A stretch of DNA of 64,000 nt from Anaerolineae bacterium (GTDB lineage Bacteria; Chloroflexota; Anaerolineae; UBA1429), in contig DAOTZU010000169.1 of the NCBI GenBank assembly GCA_034433995.1, forward strand, positions 2,109 through 66,108. The letters are read 5' to 3'. Made by a program: the position numbers and the translations under genes. Positions 9,325-19,158 of the stretch are shown here, in pieces. Position 1 is the first letter of the stretch. Each line of letters begins with the position of its first letter. The notes below the pieces were generated by a model. It was not told where the DNA came from. It did no database searches and worked only from the letters and a program-made list of their open reading frames with translations.

Positions 9325-10698
9325 TTACTCCTGCAAAATCTCTTTGGCCTGGGCGATCTGGGCCAGGACGCTGCGGCGCGCCGTGCCGCCGATGACGTTC
9401 CGCGCCTCCACCGAGGCCTCGAAGCTGAACACGCCATAGAGATCCGGCCCAAAGGCCGGCGAGAGGCGCCGGTACTCTGCGTACTCGAGCTTGCTCAACG
9501 GCACGCCCCGCTCCTCGGCCAAGAGCACCGCTTGGCCCACCAGCCTGTGCGCCTCGCGGAAGGGCAGCCCCCGCTTGACGAGGTAATCGGCCAGGTCGGT
9601 GGCCAAAAGGTCCTCGCGCAGCGCGGCCCGCATGCGCTCGGCGTTCACCTCCAAGGTCTCTACCACGCCGGCGACCACGGGCAGCACCCGGGCCAAGGTG
9701 TCCAAAGTATCAAAAAGGGGTTCCTTATCCTCCTGCAGGTCTTTATCGTAGGTGGAGGGGAGGCCCTTGAGCACCACCAGCAGGCGCGTCAGGTTGCCCA
9801 CCAGCCGGCCCGCCTTGCCGCGCACCAACTCCATGCTATCGGGGTTGCGCTTTTGGGGCATGATGCTGGAGCCGGTGGTGTAGCGCTCCGCCAGGCGCAG
9901 AAAGCCAAACTCGGCGCTGGACCACAGGATCACATCCTCCGCCAGGCGGCTGAGGTGCAGCCCCAAGATGGCCGCCCAGCTCAGGGTCTCCAGGATCATG
10001 TCCCGGTCGCTGACGGCATCCATGCTGTTCTCCGTCACGCCGGCAAAGCCCAGCTCCCGCGCCAACGCCTCGCGATCGAGGCCATAGGCGTTGCCGGCCA
10101 ACGCGCCGGCCCCCAAAGGACAGCGGGCCACCCGTTTGAGGAGATCGGCGAGCCGCTCCTGATCCCGCTGGAGCATCCAGAAATACGCGAGCAACCAATG
10201 GCTGAAGCGCACCGGCTGGGCGGGCTGCAGGTGCGTATAGCCGGGCATGATGACCTCGATCTCGGCCTCGGCCTTGCTCACCAGCGCTTGCTGCGCCTGG
10301 CGCAACAAGCGCCCCAGGGCTGGCAGTTCCTCCAACAGGTAAAGGCGCACATCGGTGGCCACCTGGTCGTTGCGGCTGCGGCCGGTGTGGAGCTTGCCCG
10401 CCACCGGCCCCACCAGCTCGCCCAGGCGTCGCTCCACGGCGGTGTGGATGTCCTCATCGCCGGGGGCCAGGACGAACGTGCCCTGGGCGAACTCGGCGGC
10501 CACCTGTTCCAGGCCGGTGATGAGGGTCTGCGCCTCCTCCACCGTGAGCACCCCCGCCCGGGCCAACGCCCGGGCATAGGCGATGCTGCCCTTGATATCC
10601 ACCTGGGCCAAACGCCGATCGAAACCGATGGAGGCGTTCAGCTCCCACAGGAGCGCATCCGTCGGGCCGGTGTAGCGGCCGCCCCAGAGTGTGCCCAT
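9325..10698 (-). CDS. argH: argininosuccinate lyase
   Basis: ORF 9325..10740 (-); start MGTLWGGRY at 10698; fumarate-lyase family signature. Confidence 0.9.
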   Translation of the reverse strand: MGTLWGGRYTGPTDALLWELNASIGFDRRLAQVDIKGSIAYARALARAGVLTVEEAQTLITGLEQVAAEFAQGTFVLAPGDEDIHTAVERRLGELVGPVAGKLHTGRSRNDQVATDVRLYLLEELPALGRLLRQAQQALVSKAEAEIEVIMPGYTHLQPAQPVRFSHWLLAYFWMLQRDQERLADLLKRVARCPLGAGALAGNAYGLDREALARELGFAGVTENSMDAVSDRDMILETLSWAAILGLHLSRLAEDVILWSSAEFGFLRLAERYTTGSSIMPQKRNPDSMELVRGKAGRLVGNLTRLLVVLKGLPSTYDKDLQEDKEPLFDTLDTLARVLPVVAGVVETLEVNAERMRAALREDLLATDLADYLVKRGLPFREAHRLVGQAVLLAEERGVPLSKLEYAEYRRLSPAFGPDLYGVFSFEASVEARNVIGGTARRSVLAQIAQAKEILQE

Positions 10699-10702
10699 GG
10701 CG

Positions 10703-11968
10703 CTAATCCCGCTTGAACTCGGTGTAATCCGGGCCTTCATGGCCCGTCTTCCCTTTGCCTTCCAGGTCCAGCAGGGCGCGCACCTTCATGGAGAGGCCAT
10801 ACAGATTGATGAATCCCTCGGCGTCGCTTTGGTCGTACACATCGTCGGCGCCAAACGTGGCATAGTCCTCGCGATAGAGGCTGTAGGGCGACTTGCGCCC
10901 CACCACCCAGCAATTTCCCTTGTATAGCTTGACCCGCACAGTGCCCGTCACCCGTTGCTGGGTGGAACGGACAAAGGCGTCCAGGGCCTCGCGCAAGGGG
11001 GTAAACCAGCGGCCATTGTACACCAATTCGGCGTATTTCTGGGCGACGAGGTCTTTGTAATGCATCGTCTCGCCATCCAGCGTGAGGCTCTCCAAGCCCA
11101 TATGGGCCGTGCGCAGGATGGTGCCGCCGGGGGTCTCGTACACGCCCCGGGACTTCATCCCCACCAGGCGGTTCTCCACCATGTCCACCCGGCCCACGCC
11201 GTGGGCGCCGCCCAGGCGGTTCAAGGCCGTGACAAGCTCCACCGGCCCCATGCTGACGCCGTTCAAGCGCACCGGCACGCCCTGGTGAAAGTCAATCTCC
11301 ACATAGGCCGGCTCGTCGGGGGCCTTTTCGGGGGCGACGGTGAGGACAAACATCTCCTCGTCCGGCTCGCGCCAGGGGTCTTCCAGGCCGCCGCCTTCAT
11401 GGCTGATGTGCCAGATGTTGCGGTCGCGGCTATAGATGGAGCGGCGCGTCTGGCTCACGGGCACGTTGTGGGCCGCGGCATATTCCAGGGCATCCTCGCG
11501 GGAGCGGATGTGCCACTCGCGCCAAGGGGCGATCACCCGCAGCTTGGGGTTCAGGGCCTTGAAGGTCAACTCAAAGCGCACCTGGTCGTTCCCTTTGCCG
11601 GTGCAGCCGTGGGCCACGGCATCGGCCCCTTCCAGCTCGGCGATCTCCACCATTCTTTTGGCGATGAGGGGCCGGGCGAAGGAGGTGCCTAGAAGGTACA
11701 GCCGCTCATAGACGGCGCCGGCCATGAGGGTGGGAAAGACATATTCGGTGAGGAACTCGCCCCTGAGGTCCTCGATATAGATTTTGCTGGCGCCGCTGGC
11801 CAGGGCCTTGGCCTCCAGGCCGTTCAGTTCCTCCTCCTGGCCCAGGTCGGCGGTGAAGCAGACCACCTCGCAGCCATAATTCTCGCGCAGCCAGGGCACG
11901 ATCACCGAGGTATCCAGGCCGCCCGAATAGGCCAAGACGCACTTGTTCACTTTACCCTTGGGTTGCAT
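10703..11968 (-). CDS. argG: argininosuccinate synthase
   Basis: [22 protein letters not shown]-terminus; start at 11968. Confidence 0.9.
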   Translation of the reverse strand: MQPKGKVNKCVLAYSGGLDTSVIVPWLRENYGCEVVCFTADLGQEEELNGLEAKALASGASKIYIEDLRGEFLTEYVFPTLMAGAVYERLYLLGTSFARPLIAKRMVEIAELEGADAVAHGCTGKGNDQVRFELTFKALNPKLRVIAPWREWHIRSREDALEYAAAHNVPVSQTRRSIYSRDRNIWHISHEGGGLEDPWREPDEEMFVLTVAPEKAPDEPAYVEIDFHQGVPVRLNGVSMGPVELVTALNRLGGAHGVGRVDMVENRLVGMKSRGVYETPGGTILRTAHMGLESLTLDGETMHYKDLVAQKYAELVYNGRWFTPLREALDAFVRSTQQRVTGTVRVKLYKGNCWVVGRKSPYSLYREDYATFGADDVYDQSDAEGFINLYGLSMKVRALLDLEGKGKTGHEGPDYTEFKRD

Positions 11969-12464
11969 GGCGCTCCTCCTGTTGTTGATCCAGATCAATG
12001 ATCAAAGCCACTTCATCGCAATTGGGGAATTTGGGACAATCGATGCAATCGCCCCAGATCTTGTGGGGCAACATCTCCCGCGAGACAAGGTGAAACCCCA
12101 GCCATTCAAAGAACGTTTGATGGTAGGTCAGGGCAAAGACCCGGGGTAGCCCCAAACTGCGGGCCTCCCGCAGCAATGCCTGCACCAGGCGCCGTCCCAC
12201 GCCTTTTTTGCGCCAACCCTCGGCCACGGCCAGGGAGCGGATCTCGGCGATGTCCTCCCAGACCACGTGGAGCGCGCCACAGCCGATGAGCTCGCCCTCG
12301 GCGATGGCCACGGTGAAATCGCGGATGTCTTGGTAGAGGCGATGTTGCGAACGAGGCAACATCTGCCCCTGGGCGGCATAGCCGTTGATGAGCCGCGCCA
12401 TGGCCGGCACATCTTTGACGGTGGCCTTGCGGATGAGGATGGATTGGTTGTCGCTTTCCGTCAC
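11952..12464 (-). CDS. GNAT-family N-acetyltransferase (short N-acetylglutamate-synthase-like; in arg operon)
   Basis: GNAT motifs ([10 protein letters not shown]); sits between argD and argG; 17-nt overlap with argG start. Confidence 0.7.
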   Translation of the reverse strand: MTESDNQSILIRKATVKDVPAMARLINGYAAQGQMLPRSQHRLYQDIRDFTVAIAEGELIGCGALHVVWEDIAEIRSLAVAEGWRKKGVGRRLVQALLREARSLGLPRVFALTYHQTFFEWLGFHLVSREMLPHKIWGDCIDCPKFPNCDEVALIIDLDQQQEERHATQG

Positions 12465-12476
12465 AGAAACCTCCTG

Positions 12477-13667
12477 TCAGAGCCGGCTAAAGGCCCGGTC
12501 GAGGATCTCCACCGCCCGATCCAGCTCGGCCTGGCCCACGATAAGGGGCGGCAGCAGGCGCAACACCCGCGGCCCCGCCTTGCAGGTGATCAGGCCCTCC
12601 TCGTAGCCGGCCTGGATCAGCGGTGTCACGTCCCTATCGGTCTCTAATCCCCAGATCAGCCCCCGTCCGCGCACCTGGCGGATTTGGCCGTGGCGCTGTT
12701 GCAGCTCCAGCAACCTTCCCTCCAGATAAGACCCCGCCCGGCGCACATGCTCCAGAAATTGGGGGGCCGAGATCTTGTTGACCACCACCTGGGCCACCGC
12801 GCAGACCAGGGGGTTGGCAGCGAAGGTGCTGCCGTGGTCGCCCACGGCGACGGTCTCGGCCACCTCTTCTTTGAGGAGGGTGGCGCCCATGGGCAGGCCG
12901 CCGGCCAGGGGCTTGGCCAAGGTCATGAGATCGGGCTGGACGCCATAGAACTCGTGGGCCCACAGCGTGCCCGTGCGTCCCAGACCGCATTGCACTTCGT
13001 CAAAGATGAGCAGAACTTGGCGTTCCGTGCAAAGCTGGCGCAGGCCGCGGAGGAATTCCGTCGTAGCCAGGTTCACGCCGCCCTCTCCCTGCACCGGCTC
13101 CACGATGCAGGCGCAGGTCTTTTCGTCCAGCAGGGCCTCGGCCGAGGCCAAATCGTTAAAAGTGGCGAACTTGGCCCCCGGCACCAGGGGACGGAAGGGA
13201 TCTTGGTAATGCGGGCGCGGCGTCACCGCCAGGGCGCCCATGGTGCGCCCGTGGAACCCCTCGCTGAAGGCCAGGATCTCGTTCTTCTCCGGGCCGAAGC
13301 GGACCTTGGCCCATTTGCGGGCGAATTTGAGCGCCGCCTCTGCTGCCTCGGTGCCTGAATTGCAAAAGAATACCTTATCGGCGAAAGAGCGCTCCACCAA
13401 CATCTGGGCGAGCTGGGCCTGGGGCGCCGTGAGGTATAAATTGGAGACGTGGATGAGCCGCTCGGCCTGCTCGTGCAGCGCCCGGCGCACGTCAGGATCG
13501 CCGTATCCCAGGGCATTGACGGCGATGCCGCTGACGAAATCCAAGTAGGCGCGCCCCTCGGTATCGTAAAGGTAGGCCCCCTCTCCCCGTTCCAAGACAA
13601 AGGGGGCACGGGCATACGTGGCCAGGACATAGCGCTCATCTAACGCGCGGATCTCGGCTGCGTTCAT
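12477..13667 (-). CDS. argD: acetylornithine aminotransferase
   Basis: Class-III PLP aminotransferase; MNAAEIRALDERYVLATYARAPFVLERGEGAYLYD. Confidence 0.9.
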   Translation of the reverse strand: MNAAEIRALDERYVLATYARAPFVLERGEGAYLYDTEGRAYLDFVSGIAVNALGYGDPDVRRALHEQAERLIHVSNLYLTAPQAQLAQMLVERSFADKVFFCNSGTEAAEAALKFARKWAKVRFGPEKNEILAFSEGFHGRTMGALAVTPRPHYQDPFRPLVPGAKFATFNDLASAEALLDEKTCACIVEPVQGEGGVNLATTEFLRGLRQLCTERQVLLIFDEVQCGLGRTGTLWAHEFYGVQPDLMTLAKPLAGGLPMGATLLKEEVAETVAVGDHGSTFAANPLVCAVAQVVVNKISAPQFLEHVRRAGSYLEGRLLELQQRHGQIRQVRGRGLIWGLETDRDVTPLIQAGYEEGLITCKAGPRVLRLLPPLIVGQAELDRAVEILDRAFSRL

Positions 13668-13683
13668 CTCTCCTCCTCAATGG

Positions 13684-14439
13684 TCAAGCCAGCACGCGGG
13701 TGCCCGAGCCCCGGGCGAACCCCGCCAGATCGGTGATGCGCACCGCGCCCACGCCCGCGGCGATGGCCTCCAGGGCCGAGCGCACTTTGGGGATCATCCC
13801 GCCGCTGATTTCCCCTGTGGCGATGAGATGCTCCGCCTCCTCCGCCCGCAGCGCATCCATCAGGGCGCCACCCCGCAGCACGCCGGGGACGTTGGTCAAA
13901 AAGACCGCCTCGGCCACCTTCAAGGCGCCGGCGATGGCCAAGGCGGCGTGATCGGCGTTGACGTTCAGCGCCCGGCCGTCCTCGCCCAGGGAGATGGGCG
14001 AGATGACCGGCGTCAAGCCCAGGGAGAGGAGCTGCTGAAGGCAGGCGGCGTCCACGGCGGTGATCTCGCCCACGCGCCCCAGGTCGCCTTGGGGATGGAC
14101 CAGGGTTTTGGCCCGCAAGAGGCCGGCGTCCACCCCGCTCAGGCCCATGGCCCGCACCCCTTGGGCCACCAGCCGGGCCACCAGGCGTTTGTTCACCGCC
14201 CCCGAAAGGACCATCTCTGCCACCCACAGGGAGGCCTCGTCGGTCACCCGCAGGCCCTCCACAAAGCGGGGCTGCAACCCGAGACGTTCTTGGAGCGCGG
14301 CGATCTCTGGCCCGCCGCCATGCACCACCACCAGGGGGCGCTGCCTTGCCAGGCGGGCCAGCACCTCCACTAAGGTGGCCAGCTCAGGCCCTTCCTGCAA
14401 TTCCGCCCCACCCACTTTGACCAGGATCAAATCGCCCAT
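13684..14439 (-). CDS. argB: acetylglutamate kinase
   Basis: ORF 13684..14496 (-); start MGDLILVKVGG at 14439 with GAGGGGGA RBS. Confidence 0.9.
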   Translation of the reverse strand: MGDLILVKVGGAELQEGPELATLVEVLARLARQRPLVVVHGGGPEIAALQERLGLQPRFVEGLRVTDEASLWVAEMVLSGAVNKRLVARLVAQGVRAMGLSGVDAGLLRAKTLVHPQGDLGRVGEITAVDAACLQQLLSLGLTPVISPISLGEDGRALNVNADHAALAIAGALKVAEAVFLTNVPGVLRGGALMDALRAEEAEHLIATGEISGGMIPKVRSALEAIAAGVGAVRITDLAGFARGSGTRVLA

Positions 14440-14533
14440 TTTCCCCCTCTCCAGGGGTATGTTTGCCACTTCTCGTGGCCTTGTGCCCGTGGCCAACGCC
14501 CACGAGGGGCTAGGGTACCGGTTGGTAGCCCTG

Positions 14534-15550
14534 CTAGACCAGCAACCCCAACGTCTCTTCTAGGCCAAACATCACGTTCATATTCTGCACGGCCTGGCCG
14601 GAGGCCCCTTTGACCAAATTATCAATGGCCGAGACCAGGATAAATTCCCCCGGCGCGCCTGCCGAGCTGAGGGATAGCGCGCAACGGTTGCTGTGCACCA
14701 CGTGGGCCAACGTGGCCAGGTTGCCCAATTCCAGGATCTGAATAAAGGGCTCGCCGGCATAGGCTTGCTGCCAGAGGGCTAGAAGATCCTCTGCCCCCAG
14801 CTCCGGCCGCGCCTGGATATAGATGGTGGAGAGAATCCCCCGCGAGACGGGCAACAGATGCGGCGCAAAGACCAGACGCAAGGGCTTTTTCCCATAGAGG
14901 GCCAGCTCCTGCTCCATCTCGGGGACGTGACGGTGCACATGCCCCACGTTATAGGCCGAGTAATTCTCGTACACGCTGACAAAATGGGTCTTGGGCGTGG
15001 GTTTGGCCCCCGCCCCCGAAACGCCGGAGGCGGCATCCACGATGATGCGCTCTCCCGTCAGGGCGCCGGCGCGCAACAAAGGGTATAGGGGCAGGAGCAC
15101 CGACGTGGGGTAACACCCCGGATTGGCCACCAACCGCGCCCCGGCCACCTGGGTGCGATAGACCTCCGTGAGGCCGTAAACGGCCTCGCCCAAGAGTTCG
15201 GGCGCCGGATGGGTGTGTTCGTACCAGGCGGCGTAGACGGCCGGATCGCGCAAGCGGAAATCGGCCGAAAGATCCACGCATTTGGCCCCCGCCGCCAGCA
15301 CCTTCTGGGCCAAGGGGGCCGAGGCGCCGTGGGGCGTGCACAAAAAGACGACATCGGCCTGCTCCAAGGGGGCCTCCTCCGGCGAGATCAGGCGCAGATC
15401 AAAGGGCCCCGGATAGACCTGGTTCAGGCGCTGGCCCGCGTAACTTTCCGAGGCGGCAAAGACCACCTCCGCTTGGGGGTGTCGCGCCAGGATCTGGAGC
15501 AGCTCGTATCCCGCATACCCTGTGACGCCATAGATGCCGACGCGAATCAT
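14534..15550 (-). CDS. argC: N-acetyl-gamma-glutamyl-phosphate reductase
   Basis: MIRVGIYGVTGYAGYELLQILARHP; RBS AGGAGG. Confidence 0.9.
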   Translation of the reverse strand: MIRVGIYGVTGYAGYELLQILARHPQAEVVFAASESYAGQRLNQVYPGPFDLRLISPEEAPLEQADVVFLCTPHGASAPLAQKVLAAGAKCVDLSADFRLRDPAVYAAWYEHTHPAPELLGEAVYGLTEVYRTQVAGARLVANPGCYPTSVLLPLYPLLRAGALTGERIIVDAASGVSGAGAKPTPKTHFVSVYENYSAYNVGHVHRHVPEMEQELALYGKKPLRLVFAPHLLPVSRGILSTIYIQARPELGAEDLLALWQQAYAGEPFIQILELGNLATLAHVVHSNRCALSLSSAGAPGEFILVSAIDNLVKGASGQAVQNMNVMFGLEETLGLLV

Positions 15551-15577
15551 CGGCCTCCTTTCCTTTCCGTGAAGCGC

Positions 15578-15612
15578 AGAGCAACAAAAAAACCAGCCCC
15601 CGTCTGGAGAGC
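15578..15612 (-). terminator. hairpin followed by T7 run inside the argC 5' leader (attenuator-like)
   Basis: Minus-strand CCAGCTCTCCAGACGGGGGCTGG-TTTTTTTG; only long U-tract seen in this GC-rich window. Confidence 0.3.
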
Positions 15613-15670
15613 TGGTGTGTGCATGCGCAGAATCGTGACCCAGGCGATACCATCCAGACCGGCGGTCCGG

Positions 15671-15718
15671 CTACAGCCCAGGCTGCCTCCTCAATGGATG
15701 GACCATCGTCGGGTTCAT
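15671..15718 (-). other. 15-codon upstream ORF in arg leader (MNPTMVHPLRRQPGL*) with tandem rare AGG-AGG Arg codons
   Basis: Minus-strand ATG preceded by AGAGG; lies between promoter and U-tract hairpin. Confidence 0.2.
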
Positions 15719-15747
15719 CGCCTCACCTCTGTTCAGCGTTGCGCCAA

Positions 15748-15776
15748 GTATAACGCAAAGGCCGGCCCTTGTCAAT
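15748..15776 (-). promoter_or_regulatory. sigma70-like promoter TTGACA-N17-TATACT for arg operon, with TTGCG-N10-CGCAA inverted repeat overlapping the -10
   Basis: Minus-strand hexamers exact for -35, 5/6 for -10, 17-nt spacer; about 190-nt leader to argC ATG. Confidence 0.4.
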
Positions 15777-15779
15777 TTA

Positions 15780-15836
15780 AAGACCCGACAGGTCTTTCAA
15801 GACCTGTCGGGTCTTGCCAGACCTGTCAGGTCTCCA
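15780..15836. promoter_or_regulatory. array of three 15-bp palindromes AGACC-N5-GGTCT in argC/epimerase divergent region
   Basis: AGACCCGACAGGTCT / AGACCTGTCGGGTCT / AGACCTGTCAGGTCT separated by 4 bp. Confidence 0.4.
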
Positions 15837-15957
15837 TACGCGGCGAGACCCCTGGCTCCCAAATGGCCGGCCAAAACCCTTTCCGGCCTCAGTGGACGGG
15901 GAAGAAGGACCATGCTATCATACTGGCCACATGACCAAGCAACGGGGAGGAAAGGCG

Positions 15958-16968
15958 ATGCGGGTTCTTTTCATCGGCGGGACGGGCAACATCAGCTCGG
16001 CCTGCGTGGAGTTGGCCCTGGCGCGGGGCTATCAGGTGACGTTGCTCAACCGCGGCACCCGGGAGACGCCCTGGGGCGACCGGGTGACCACCATCCTGGG
16101 CGACCGCAACGATGGCCCCTTCCTGGCCCAGGTGGCCGAGGAGGGGCGCTACGATGTGGTGGCCAACTTTGTCGGTTTTACGCCGCAACAGATTGAGCTG
16201 GATATCGCCGCCTTTGCCGGGCGGGTGGGCCAGTACATCTTTATCAGCTCGGCCAGCGTCTATCAAAAGCCACCCAACCATTACCTCATCACCGAGTCCA
16301 CGCCTCTCCATAACCCCTATTGGGAGTATTCCCGGCAAAAGATCGCCTGCGAGGAGCGCCTGCTGCGGGCCTATCGCGAGGAGGGGTTCCCCATCACCAT
16401 CGTGCGCCCCTCGTACACCTTTGGCCCTACCTGGATCCCCAGCGGCGTGGGCGGCCACGGCTATACCATCGTGGGGCGGATGCGCCAAGGCAAGCCCATC
16501 ATCTCCCACGGCGATGGCCAATCGCTCTGGGTGATGACCTTCCACACCGATTTTGCCCTGGGGTTTGTGGGGCTATTCGGCAAAGCCCAGGCCATCGGCG
16601 AGGCGGTGCACATCACCAGCGACGAGGTGCTCACCTGGGACCAGATCTACCACACCATCGCCCGCGCCGCTGGCTGTCGGGCAGAGATCGTGCATATCCC
16701 CTCGGATTTCATCGCCGCCGTCTATCCGGAATGGGGCCCTGGCCTCTTGGGCGATAAGGCCCATAGCGTGGTGTTCGATAACCAAAAGATCAAGCGCTTG
16801 GTGCCCGAGTTTCGCGCCACGGTGAGCTTTGCCGAGGGGATCGCCCGCTCCCTGGCCTGGCATGACGCCGACCCCGCCCGCCAGGTGGTGGATGCCAAAA
16901 CCGACGCCATGATGGACCGCCTCATCGCCCTCTATCGCCGCGCCTGGGAGGGGTTGGGACGCGGATGA
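15958..16968 (+). CDS. NAD-dependent epimerase/dehydratase family protein
   Basis: MRVLFIGGTGNISSACVELALARGY Rossmann N-terminus; start 15958 after GGGGAGGAAAGG. Confidence 0.8.
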   Translation: MRVLFIGGTGNISSACVELALARGYQVTLLNRGTRETPWGDRVTTILGDRNDGPFLAQVAEEGRYDVVANFVGFTPQQIELDIAAFAGRVGQYIFISSASVYQKPPNHYLITESTPLHNPYWEYSRQKIACEERLLRAYREEGFPITIVRPSYTFGPTWIPSGVGGHGYTIVGRMRQGKPIISHGDGQSLWVMTFHTDFALGFVGLFGKAQAIGEAVHITSDEVLTWDQIYHTIARAAGCRAEIVHIPSDFIAAVYPEWGPGLLGDKAHSVVFDNQKIKRLVPEFRATVSFAEGIARSLAWHDADPARQVVDAKTDAMMDRLIALYRRAWEGLGRG

Positions 16969-16985
16969 CCCCGGATGGGACGGCT

Positions 16986-17019
16986 GGACGCGGAGCAGAA
17001 ATGGGGATGCTCCGCGTCC
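16986..17019. terminator. bidirectional terminator hairpin (12-bp perfect stem) between convergent genes
   Basis: GGACGCGGAGCA-N11-TGCTCCGCGTCC. Confidence 0.5.
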
Positions 17020-17077
17020 ATGGCGGCTCGGTCTTGCGCGTCGTCCAACCCTACCCCCAAACCTTGTTCCCTGACCT

Positions 17078-18937
17078 CTATTCCCCAAACGGCCCGTGAT
17101 AGCGCCCGAAACCGGCCCGCCACAGGGTGAGGCGGTCCGGCATCTCCGCCAGGGGCAGCCAGGAGCGGTAGGGTGTGCCGGTGGTGCCGGCGGAGGCAAA
17201 ATCGCAGAGGACCAGCTCACGGCCCGCCGCGGTCTGGAGCTTGAGCAGGAGCCACGGCGCGGGCCAGGCGCCTGTCCAGGGCACGGGGGTGGACTGAAGT
17301 TGGCGCACATCCACCGGCGGCAGGTCGCCCGGATCGACGCTGTTGAAGCGGCGGTCGTAGGCCAAGAGCAGCGGGCCGTAGTAGAGGGATACCTTGCCCT
17401 CAGCCTCTCGCTCGCCGATCCAAGGGCGCAGGGACATATCCAGTTCCAGCGTCACCCGGTCGCCGGCGCGCCACTCCCGCCGTAGCGCCAGATAGCGTCC
17501 GGGCACCACGCCCTCCACCGGCTGGCCGTTCACCGCCACTTGGCTGTGGCGCGACCACGTTGGGATGCGGAGAGAGAGGCTAAAACTCTCCGCCTGAGAC
17601 AGTTCCAGGGCCAGGGTGATCCTGCCGGAGAGAGGATACTCGGTATATTGAGTGAGCCCCAGCCTTTGGCCGGAGGGCAGGTCGAAGGCGATGGCGCAGG
17701 GGCCATAATAGTTGACCACCGGCCCCTCCTCGGCCTGCATCACCGCCCAATCGGCCAAAAGGGCCAAACTGCGCGGACCGTTCACCGAGCAGCAGTTCAG
17801 CTCCGGGCTGCCCTCCCGCGCCTGAAAGACAATGTGGTGGGCCGAAGCTTTGCGCACGCCGTCCATGGGAGTGTCGTAGGTCCACCAGCGGCCGGAGGGA
17901 TGTTGCGCGCCGAGGGTCGCGTTGAGGGTGGAGAGCTCCAGTTCATCGGCCACGCGGGAATCGCCGGTCAGCCGCAACATATCCACGCTGAGCACCATCC
18001 AGGCCACCGTGCAACAGGTCTCGATGGCGCCCCGGTCGTAGGGGTTGCCGGTGGCCCTTTCGCCGGAGGAAAAACCACCGGTGTTGTGGCGGTCGCCCTG
18101 CTGGATGGTGCGCCAGATCTGCTCAAAAGCGCGGCGATAGTCCTCCTGGCCGGTGATCTCGTACAGGCTGAGGATAGCTTGGATATCGTGCAGGCTCTCC
18201 CAGCGCGGCTTGGGCGTCCGGTGGAAGGGGATATCGGCCAGGGCGGCGCGGACATAGTCGCCGGCCGGAGGGTGTTGCCAATCAGCCTCCACCTCTCGCA
18301 ACATCTGCAAGTAGCGCGGCTCGCCCGTCTCCTGGTAGAGCAGGGCCAGGCCGTGGCTGATGGCCATGTTCATCTCCTCGGCGCCCGCCTGCCGGACCCG
18401 CTCCCCCGTGCCCAGAAAGCGGCGGCAGATGTAATCGGCCGCCCGGCAGCAGGCCTCCAGCGCCGGACGATAGCCCGTCTCCCAATACCAGAGGAGCAGC
18501 CCCAAGATGCAATGGTAGTGGCCCCATAGATCCCAGAGGGCGCCATGGCGGCCATCGCTGGCGCGGCCTGTCAACCGCTCCTGGAGGGGATAGGGGCCCA
18601 GGTAGCCGTCGGCATCCTGGCAGGCGATCAGCTCATCCACAAAGCGATCCAGCTGGGCGCGGAGGCGCTCGTCGCGGCTGAGGCGATAGGCCAGCACCGC
18701 CGAGGTGAGGTACTTGCCGGCGAACTCGCCCGCCCAGGGGACGAGGTCCCGGCGGGGCAGGCGGTCGCGGTCGCGAAAAATCTCCAACATGGCCGGGTTG
18801 GCCTGGGGGGCAATGAGCAGCCATTGCTCCAGGTTGGCCTGCAGGCGCTGCTCGATGAATCCATGGAAGGTGAAGCGCGCCCCCGCGACGGGGGCAAGGG
18901 CGAGGCGAGATGATCTCTTGCAGGGCTCGTGGTTCAT
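17078..18937 (-). CDS. glycoside hydrolase family 127 (beta-L-arabinofuranosidase-like, DUF1680)
   Basis: ORF 17078..19141 (-); start MNHEPCKRSS at 18937 with GGAGGAG RBS; GH127 motifs and Cys residues. Confidence 0.8.
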   Translation of the reverse strand: MNHEPCKRSSRLALAPVAGARFTFHGFIEQRLQANLEQWLLIAPQANPAMLEIFRDRDRLPRRDLVPWAGEFAGKYLTSAVLAYRLSRDERLRAQLDRFVDELIACQDADGYLGPYPLQERLTGRASDGRHGALWDLWGHYHCILGLLLWYWETGYRPALEACCRAADYICRRFLGTGERVRQAGAEEMNMAISHGLALLYQETGEPRYLQMLREVEADWQHPPAGDYVRAALADIPFHRTPKPRWESLHDIQAILSLYEITGQEDYRRAFEQIWRTIQQGDRHNTGGFSSGERATGNPYDRGAIETCCTVAWMVLSVDMLRLTGDSRVADELELSTLNATLGAQHPSGRWWTYDTPMDGVRKASAHHIVFQAREGSPELNCCSVNGPRSLALLADWAVMQAEEGPVVNYYGPCAIAFDLPSGQRLGLTQYTEYPLSGRITLALELSQAESFSLSLRIPTWSRHSQVAVNGQPVEGVVPGRYLALRREWRAGDRVTLELDMSLRPWIGEREAEGKVSLYYGPLLLAYDRRFNSVDPGDLPPVDVRQLQSTPVPWTGAWPAPWLLLKLQTAAGRELVLCDFASAGTTGTPYRSWLPLAEMPDRLTLWRAGFGRYHGPFGE

Positions 18938-19158
18938 ACTGCTCCTCCGAAAATGCTCATCCGTCATTATCACCCTGGCGGTGAACCCAGGGATCGTGAG
19001 TGACTCACAGGCAGGCCAGCAAGCGCCACTCTCCATCTCCCCAGGAGGATAGCTCAAAACCCCATCCAGCTCAAATCCCCCCTTCTTTATCCATTCTTTA
19101 CGTTGGCGCGCCGAAATTCGATTAAAGTAAGTTGAGTCCATATGTTCCAGGAGTGTTT

